Positions 8,189-14,232 of a DNA stretch of 16,235 bases are shown here, piece after piece. The position numbers were made by a program, and so were the translations under genes. A model generated the notes under the pieces. That model was not told the DNA's origin. It did not search any database and saw only the letters and a list, made by a program, of their open reading frames with translations. Origin of the DNA: Archangiaceae bacterium (GTDB taxonomy: Bacteria; Myxococcota; Myxococcia; Myxococcales; Myxococcaceae); the NCBI GenBank assembly GCA_043750125.1, contig JAYVCD010000300.1:1-16235 (forward strand). Reading direction: 5' to 3'. Each line of letters starts with the position of its first letter. Positions within the stretch are counted from its first letter, which is position 1.

Positions 8189-9595
8189 TTAGAAGGCCGG
8201 AAGGTCACACACGTACAGCTCGTTCTTCGCCGCGTCGGAATACAGGACGTGAAGTTTTCCGAACGCCAGGGTGGGAGCCGCGCTGAGCGGATTGAGCGAG
8301 CGCGCGCAGGCGATGTCCCAGGTGCCACCGGCGAGGTCCGCCGCGACCGAGTCGGCCGACACGAACGAGGCCCTCAGCGTCACTGGAGAGTTGCGCAGCA
8401 CACCCACCGTCGCGAAGCAGGCAGGGCCGCAAGTGCTCGAGCCCCAGGTTTTCGCATCGGACATCACCTCGCGACCCACCGCCGTCGGCGAGCTGAAGTC
8501 GGTCGGCATCGGCTTGACCTTCAGTCCGTCGCCTCCGTCCGAGATCGTGCCCTGGTAGCTGATCATCAAAGACTGGCCATCACCACTCATCGCGCCCGAG
8601 ACGTCGAACGACGGATCGCCGAATTGAAAGTACAGCGCCAGGTCCACCCCACCATCGGCCGCCAACCCGAACGTCCCGTGAACCCCGTTGTAGACGTTCA
8701 CGTCCTCCACCGCTCCGAACCGGAAGTCGAGCGCGCTGCGGGTATTGGGCAGCACGGTCGCGACCACCCCCGTCGGAAAAACGGAAGAGAAGCCTGGCTT
8801 GACCATTGGGCGCAAGGCAGTCGGGCAGCCCAGATCGCTGGCACCCATCAACCCCGGTGCGCTGTTGATCGGGCGGGCGGTGATCCCGATCCCTCCCTGT
8901 TCGTTGACCGCGATGGACACCTCGCCGACCCCGGTGCCGGCGGCGAGATCGACGAGGCCTCCGTCGGACGAAAGGCACGAAACCCGCTGCATCTCGGACC
9001 AGGCCAACCCCCAGTACGGTCCATTGCCTGCGACCGAGACCGAAGTCGCTGCGCCATTGGTCGGAACAAACAGCTTCGTCCCGCCGCCGTCGGGAAAGAA
9101 CGTCCGCAGCTCGATTGCCGGAATCGCGGGGCGAATCATCGCCACCAGCAGTCCGCGATCATTGACTGCCAACCAGCCGTACGAAATGCCCCCGTCGCTG
9201 CCCAGGCTCACCGGAGAGTTGCAGCGCAGCCGGGGCCGATTGCTGGCCGCACACGGAGGTCCCGCGTCGCTCATTCCTGAGCCGCCTCCCGCTCCGCCAC
9301 TTTCCCCATTTCCGCCGCCACTTCCACCCCCGCCCCCGACCGAACCGCCGGCGGCCCCGCCTCCTGCCGAGCCGCCGGCACTCCCACCGCTTCCCCCATT
9401 TCCCCCGCCACCGGCACTGCCGCCAACGCCGCCACCGGCACCGCCGCCAATTCCACCCGCGGTTCCGCCATCACACAGTCCACGCTGACAATAATTCTCG
9501 TAGGCCTTATCGAAATCGAAGCACCCCGCCGCACCCACGCAGGCGAGCGCAACCGCGCTTCGTGTCACGAGCCAACCCATCGACCGTGCTGTCAT
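8189..9595 (-). CDS. Hypothetical lipoprotein with long Gly-rich linker and beta-rich, Cys-containing C-terminal domain
   Basis: MTARSMGWLVTRSAVALACVGAAG/C has a lipobox-like site. It is followed by CFDFDKAYENYCQRGLC, a ~65 aa Gly/Ser/Ala linker and a ~350 aa domain with recurring DGG turns. Start is ATG 9595 or 9580; the 9781 extension looks non-coding. Confidence 0.8.
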   Translation of the reverse strand: MTARSMGWLVTRSAVALACVGAAGCFDFDKAYENYCQRGLCDGGTAGGIGGGAGGGVGGSAGGGGNGGSGGSAGGSAGGGAAGGSVGGGGGSGGGNGESGGAGGGSGMSDAGPPCAASNRPRLRCNSPVSLGSDGGISYGWLAVNDRGLLVAMIRPAIPAIELRTFFPDGGGTKLFVPTNGAATSVSVAGNGPYWGLAWSEMQRVSCLSSDGGLVDLAAGTGVGEVSIAVNEQGGIGITARPINSAPGLMGASDLGCPTALRPMVKPGFSSVFPTGVVATVLPNTRSALDFRFGAVEDVNVYNGVHGTFGLAADGGVDLALYFQFGDPSFDVSGAMSGDGQSLMISYQGTISDGGDGLKVKPMPTDFSSPTAVGREVMSDAKTWGSSTCGPACFATVGVLRNSPVTLRASFVSADSVAADLAGGTWDIACARSLNPLSAAPTLAFGKLHVLYSDAAKNELYVCDLPAF

Positions 9596-9680
9596 CGTCA
9601 CACTTAAAACAGGCCGCGGTGCTGTTCCCAAGCTTCTTTCACCGCTAGAAAACCCGGGCGGGCTCGAACGAAGCTTCTGC

Positions 9681-9697
9681 GCTACGGGCGCGCCAAA
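9681..9697 (-). promoter_or_regulatory. Weak candidate sigma-54 promoter upstream of the lipoprotein gene
   Basis: Minus strand TTTGGCGCGCCCGTAGC has GG-N10-GC spacing and a good -24 box, but the -12 reads TAGC rather than TTGC. Confidence 0.25.
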
Positions 9698-9801
9698 CGC
9701 GGTGGCTCGACTCGGTCGGGCACCGACGCCATGGCCAGTCCTGCCGCTCCATCGAGCGCATAGTTCCGGCCCCAGCACCATCGCGAGAAGGACAACAGGG
9801 G

Positions 9802-11301
9802 TCAGAGGTCGATCGTCCCGAGATTGAGCGGAAGGTTCGCGTTCACGTAGTTGCCGTCAAAGCCATACCCCGCGTTGAGGGCCGCTCCGGCCGCGAGCGC
9901 ACCCACGGTGCCTGTCGCGCCAAAGGTCTGGTCGGTGCCGCCCAGCATTCGCAGCACCTGGGCGTAGAGATCTCCGAGCGAGCGCCGGGGCGTGCAGACC
10001 ACGTGGCGGCCCTGCCCCTTCGAGAAGGCCCCCTTCATTCCTGCCATCACCACCGGAATGTTGAAGTCGAAGTGCGACGAGCCGTAGCCCATGTCGCTCA
10101 CCCAGAGGACCAGGGTGTTGTCGAGCAGCCGAGTGCCGTCGAGGTCGGTCACCTGCGCAAGCCGGGTCACCAGCCGGTTGAACATCTTCCCGTGCTGACC
10201 AAAAGCCTGGGTGAGGTTTGGTCGCTGAGTGTCCGACAGCGACGGGGTGCCGTGAATCATCGCGTGGTGGTTGTTGGCGCCATCGAACGGCGAGGTCCCG
10301 GTAAATTCGCTCGAGAAGACCGGGTCGTACCCCAGCTCGAAGTGAAGGCTGGCGACGCGGGTGACATCACACGCCAACGACATCACCAGGTTCTCGATCT
10401 GCCAGGGAATGAGCTCGCCGTCCATGCGACCGCGACTGATTTGCGCCGACGTGTAGCTGGGCACCTGCGCCTCTTGGGGTCGCAGACACGACGCACTGGG
10501 AACCGTGCCCGTGCTGCCGGCAAAGCGGGTCTCGAGCGAGCGAATGAAGGTGGCGTGTTGATCCAGGCGCGCCCGGTCCGAGGCGCCCACCTGGCTGTGC
10601 AGCGCTTCATACGAGCTGGCCACCGAGTCGAGGATGCCCGGCCGCCGGGCGATCAACCGCGTCTGCAGCGTCTTCACCGGCGGGGGCATCCCCACCACCG
10701 GGGGCCCGAAAACACTGGTGAGCGCGGTCTTGGGGTTCGAGTTGATCAGAATGGGCGGAGTTCCGTTGACCCCGTAGAAGCCCGGCGCGTCGTATTGGTA
10801 TTCCAGAGCCAACGCAGACCCTGGAAACACCAATGCGCTGCGCTGCGAGGCCGAGGCGCGAAGCCGCAGGCCAGCGACGTAGTCGATGGACGGACCTCCG
10901 CCGGTGCCGTCCGCCTTCGGCTTCATGCAGGTCAGAAACGTGCGCGCACCCGAGTGGTGCCCGTCGGGGTTGCCAGTGGTGTGGCGGACCAGGTTGTCGA
11001 TTCCGTCGACGGTGACGATCTCGTTTCGAATCGAGCCCAGCGCGGCGAGCATCTGGGACAGATCTCCGGTCGCGGGCAGCGCCCCACTCGTCGTCCGCGG
11101 CGACCAGTTGTCCTGCCCCGCGCGCCCATTTCCAGCCACGCGCCCATGGCGATGCACCACCACCACCAGGCGCTTGGGAGGCGCGGTGATCGCCCCGAAG
11201 GCCTGGCGCGGCGCAAAGGCCTCGAGCATCGGCAACGCGAGGGCGGCGCCCGAGGCACCCAGCAGGAACCGGCGGCGATCGATGCGGGTGTTCTGTCCCA
11301 T
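9802..11301 (-). CDS. DUF1552 domain-containing Tat-exported protein
   Basis: IDRRRFLLGASGAALALPMLEA is a twin-arginine leader. Other family-like motifs: PKRLVVV, GPSIDYVAG, DRARLDQHATFIRSLE, LACDVTRVASL, LLDNTLVLWVSDMG...H...NIPVVMAG. GAGGAG lies 7 nt before ATG 11301; the alternative ATG 11307 overlaps the upstream stop (ATGA). Confidence 0.9.
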   Translation of the reverse strand: MGQNTRIDRRRFLLGASGAALALPMLEAFAPRQAFGAITAPPKRLVVVVHRHGRVAGNGRAGQDNWSPRTTSGALPATGDLSQMLAALGSIRNEIVTVDGIDNLVRHTTGNPDGHHSGARTFLTCMKPKADGTGGGPSIDYVAGLRLRASASQRSALVFPGSALALEYQYDAPGFYGVNGTPPILINSNPKTALTSVFGPPVVGMPPPVKTLQTRLIARRPGILDSVASSYEALHSQVGASDRARLDQHATFIRSLETRFAGSTGTVPSASCLRPQEAQVPSYTSAQISRGRMDGELIPWQIENLVMSLACDVTRVASLHFELGYDPVFSSEFTGTSPFDGANNHHAMIHGTPSLSDTQRPNLTQAFGQHGKMFNRLVTRLAQVTDLDGTRLLDNTLVLWVSDMGYGSSHFDFNIPVVMAGMKGAFSKGQGRHVVCTPRRSLGDLYAQVLRMLGGTDQTFGATGTVGALAAGAALNAGYGFDGNYVNANLPLNLGTIDL

Positions 11302-11303
11302 CG

Positions 11304-13031
11304 TCATTCTCCTCGCCGGTAGAAAAAGGCGTCGGTCTGGGTGGAAGCCAGGAACACCTTGTCAAGTCGGTTTCCCGAATCGGCCAGCGTGTCCCGAAGT
11401 TGTTGCAGCGCGCAGTTGTCACCCGCGGTGTCTGCCCGCGAAGCAGTGAAGCGGAAGACCTGTTTGGCCAGGCAGTCTGAGCTCTTCTGCAGACCGGCAA
11501 GCGCCTCGAACAGCTCGGGAGGGCCGGCGAACTGCAGCGGCGTCGGGCTCGCGCCGCTGATGGTGCCCGACACGTCAATCGCCTTCCCGCTCGGGTAGGC
11601 CTGCCGGTACTTGCCCATCGCGTCGAAGTGCTCGAGCGCAATGCCCGCCGAATCAATCAACTTGTGGCAGCTGGCGCAGGTGGCGTTCGACTGCACCACC
11701 GCCGACAGCTCGCGGGCGGTCGGGTCGGTCGGCTTGGGAAGGGTGGCGAAGGTGGAAGCCGCATTCGCAGGAGGGCTGCCCAGGTCGTCACACAGCAGTC
11801 GGGTGCGCACCACCCGGCCCCGGAATACGTACGACGTCTCTGAGGAGTGGGCGAGGGCTGCCATCGATGCGGGTTGGGTCATCATCCCGGTGTAGCGGGC
11901 GGGATCGAGCTCAACGCGGGCCCAACCGCTGGAGGGCGCGGTTACTCCGAAGAAATTGGCGAGCGGCGCATCGACGTAGGCCTCGTTGGTGCGCAGCAAG
12001 GTCTTCAGGCTGGCCCCGGTGCGCAGCTGCGCGGCGGCAAAGCGATCAAACGAGCCGTTGATCGAGTCGACCAGCACCTGGTTGAGCCAGGGAAAAGTCG
12101 TTGGGTCTTTGTCGGTGAGCGTCAGCTGGGTCGTCTGGGTCCACTCGCGCACGAAGCGGCTGAACGCGCGGTCGGCTTTGGGGTCAGCAAACATGCGCTG
12201 CGCCTGGGCGAGCAGCGCGGCGCGGGTGTTGAGCTGCCCGCTCTCGGCGAGGTTCAGCAGTTGATCATCGGGCACCGAGCCCCACAGGTAGAGCGACAGC
12301 TGGCTCGCAAGCTCGAGCCCGGTGCGCTGCCGATCGACGCCCGGCATGCCCGGCGCCTCGAGCACGTAGAGAAAGGCCGGCATCTGCAGCAGGGCGGCGC
12401 TCATCACGCTGACCGCTTCGCTGAAGGTCGCTCCGTCGGCGCGCTCGGCCGAGTAGATCGCCAGCAGCGCGGTGCGTTCAGTCGCGAGCAGGGTCCGGCG
12501 AAACGCGCGACGGCCGTAGGTGTCGAGGAAGGTGGTCGCACAGGCCACGGTGCCGCTGGCGGCGCACGAGACCAGGCTCGCCACCTTGGGAGCCAACGTC
12601 AGGGCAACGTCTTCGCTCGCGTACAGCAGCTGCTCGACGCCCTGCTCACCGATGACGCTGATTCCAGGCTCGGTCGAGTAGCCGGTGCTCGCCGTGCCAT
12701 ACGCACCGGGATACCTGGGGCTGCCGTCTACCCCGAAGACATCGCGAACCGCGTTGGTGTATTCCAGAGTCGTCAGCCGACGCACCACGCTGGTCGAGCC
12801 CCACGTCTTGTCGTTGCAGAGGTAGCGGGTCGGCCCCGGGGGCATCCCGGCCGCAGGCGGGACGATTTCCGGCCCGGTCGTCGGAGGCACGGTGACGACG
12901 GGATCAGTCGGAGGAACGTCCCCGATGGGTAACACCTCGCGACCCGGTGCGCCCTCGATGATTCCCTGGCAGGCGGCCAAGGTGAGCGCGGCACCTACGC
13001 CGAACACCAATCGCCAGGATGGTTCGAACAT
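11304..13031 (-). CDS. DUF1592/DUF1588-family lipoprotein with one c-type heme motif (DUF1587-1595-1592-1588-1585 architecture)
   Basis: Lipobox LTLAAC. Family-like motifs: VRRLTTLEYTNAVRDVFG, YGRRAFRRTL, LLQMPAFLY, ELASQLSLYLWGSVPDDQLL, TSYVFRGRVVRTRLLC, LEHFDAMGKYR. CASCH at 11678-11664. Sits directly upstream of DUF1552, the usual gene pairing. Confidence 0.92.
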   Translation of the reverse strand: MFEPSWRLVFGVGAALTLAACQGIIEGAPGREVLPIGDVPPTDPVVTVPPTTGPEIVPPAAGMPPGPTRYLCNDKTWGSTSVVRRLTTLEYTNAVRDVFGVDGSPRYPGAYGTASTGYSTEPGISVIGEQGVEQLLYASEDVALTLAPKVASLVSCAASGTVACATTFLDTYGRRAFRRTLLATERTALLAIYSAERADGATFSEAVSVMSAALLQMPAFLYVLEAPGMPGVDRQRTGLELASQLSLYLWGSVPDDQLLNLAESGQLNTRAALLAQAQRMFADPKADRAFSRFVREWTQTTQLTLTDKDPTTFPWLNQVLVDSINGSFDRFAAAQLRTGASLKTLLRTNEAYVDAPLANFFGVTAPSSGWARVELDPARYTGMMTQPASMAALAHSSETSYVFRGRVVRTRLLCDDLGSPPANAASTFATLPKPTDPTARELSAVVQSNATCASCHKLIDSAGIALEHFDAMGKYRQAYPSGKAIDVSGTISGASPTPLQFAGPPELFEALAGLQKSSDCLAKQVFRFTASRADTAGDNCALQQLRDTLADSGNRLDKVFLASTQTDAFFYRRGE

Positions 13032-13043
13032 GCGCGCGGCCTG

Positions 13044-13060
13044 TGCAGACCGTGAGCCAG
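13044..13060 (-). promoter_or_regulatory. Sigma-54 (-24/-12) promoter of the DUF1592-DUF1552 operon
   Basis: Minus strand CTGGCTCACGGTCTGCA has TGGC at -24, exact GG-N10-GC spacing and TGCA at -12. Predicted +1 is ~13033, next to ATG 13031. A sigma-54 activator gene is adjacent. Confidence 0.7.
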
Positions 13061-13109
13061 AATGCCTTTCCCAATTCGCGCACGGTTGAAACTGAGATCA
13101 AACGCACCA

Positions 13110-13126
13110 GACAATTGGGTGTTGTC
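13110..13126. promoter_or_regulatory. Candidate upstream activator site (inverted repeat GACAA-N7-TTGTC)
   Basis: GACAA(13110-13114)ttgggtgTTGTC(13122-13126) lies ~80-95 bp upstream of the predicted sigma-54 start. A second inverted repeat, TTGA-N8-TCAA, is at 13086-13101. Confidence 0.45.
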
Positions 13127-13132
13127 GGAGTG

Positions 13133-14125
13133 TCAACTGTGGCGGTGTCCGCGGAGTTTATGTCGCAGAAGTAGGCGTTGAAGCAGCTGACGTGAGACCC
13201 CCGCGAGCTTTGCCGCTTCAGTCACGGATCCCCCCGCCAGTGTGAGGACGTGTACGAGGTAATCGCGCTCGAATTGCGAGAGCGCGCGATCTCGCGCCAG
13301 CTTCAGCGACAGGTCGGTCGTCGCGATGGCCGCAGAAGGCGGAGTGTCCCGCTCGAGCAGCGTGGTCACCGGGGCGTGAGGAAACGTGAGCATCCGTTCG
13401 ACGACGTTTCGCAGCTCTCGCACGTTGCCGGCCCAGCGGTGGGCCTGCAGCACCGCGCGGTCCGAGGGGGACAGCTGATCGAACCGACGCGCCGAGCCGT
13501 GCTGCGCGAACAGCCGGTCGGCGAGGCCTGCGAGATCTCCAGGGCGATCTCGCAGGCCCGGCAGCCGCAGTCGCAGCGTCGACAGCCGGTAATAGAGGTC
13601 CTCGCGAAACCGACCGGCCCGAACGTCGTCTCGCAGCGATCGGTGGGTCGACGAGATGATTCGCAGGTCGACGGGAATCGCGACATTGGATCCCACCCGC
13701 CGCACCTCGCGCCGCTCGACCAGCCGCAGCAGCTTGGGCTGAAGCTCGAGCGCGAGCTCTCCGACTTCGTCGAGCATCAGCGTGCCACCGTTGGCCGCTT
13801 CGGCCAGGCCGGCGCGCGCGGCTCCGGCTCCGGTGAAGGCGCCCTTCTCGTGCCCGAACAGCTCGGCCTCGATCAGCGTCGCCGAGACTGCGCCACAGTC
13901 GACCACCACGAACGGCTTGTTCGCGCGCGGTGAGGCGGCGTGTACCGCCTCGGCGGTCAAATCTTTTCCGGTGCCGGTCTCGCCCTCGAGCAGCAACGGA
14001 GCGGAAGAATCGGCCAGCGCCGGCAGTTGACCGAAGATGGTCCGCATCGCCGAGCAGCGCCCGTACAGCGGTCCAAATTGCCCGCCTTCGAGGGAAACAA
14101 CCACGCCGCGTTTGATCAGAGTCAC
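13133..14125 (-). CDS. Sigma-54-dependent Fis-family transcriptional activator (AAA+ and HTH only, no N-terminal regulatory domain)
   Basis: Walker [22 protein letters not shown], Walker [29 protein letters not shown], and C-terminal [18 protein letters not shown]. An in-frame TAG lies 4 codons upstream of the GTG start. Confidence 0.95.
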   Translation of the reverse strand: MTLIKRGVVVSLEGGQFGPLYGRCSAMRTIFGQLPALADSSAPLLLEGETGTGKDLTAEAVHAASPRANKPFVVVDCGAVSATLIEAELFGHEKGAFTGAGAARAGLAEAANGGTLMLDEVGELALELQPKLLRLVERREVRRVGSNVAIPVDLRIISSTHRSLRDDVRAGRFREDLYYRLSTLRLRLPGLRDRPGDLAGLADRLFAQHGSARRFDQLSPSDRAVLQAHRWAGNVRELRNVVERMLTFPHAPVTTLLERDTPPSAAIATTDLSLKLARDRALSQFERDYLVHVLTLAGGSVTEAAKLAGVSRQLLQRLLLRHKLRGHRHS

Positions 14126-14131
14126 GAGGCC

Positions 14132-14155
14132 AGACTAACAGTCCCACGTGGGACT
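14132..14155 (-). promoter_or_regulatory. Extended -10 element of the activator gene, abutted by a perfect 16-bp palindrome (candidate operator)
   Basis: Minus strand TG-t-TAGTCT (14140-14132) lies 6 nt before GTG 14125. The palindrome AGTCCCACGTGGGACT spans 14140-14155. Confidence 0.5.
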
Positions 14156-14232
14156 CAGGCCCACCTTCGGACAGTTTCCACGGCAAACACCCATTGCCTC
14201 GAGCCCGTGCTGGTCTAGCCTTCGCGTCCCCG

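Noticed and set aside
7682..9470. DAG repeats (7682-7815) and Gly-codon repeats (~9280-9470) as a CRISPR or other DNA-level repeat array
   Set aside because: The units are short, degenerate at third codon positions and in frame. They are protein linkers, with no repeat-spacer structure and no cas genes.
14126..14232. Possible frameshifted FHA or REC remnant upstream of the sigma-54 activator
   Set aside because: All three minus-strand frames were translated by eye and show no FHA (SRxH, STNG) or receiver motifs. The space before the divergent gene is only ~107 bp.
8130..14232. Calling the minus-strand block a mobile element
   Set aside because: No transposase or integrase, terminal inverted repeats or flanking direct repeats were seen. 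It is kept only as a rearrangement hypothesis.
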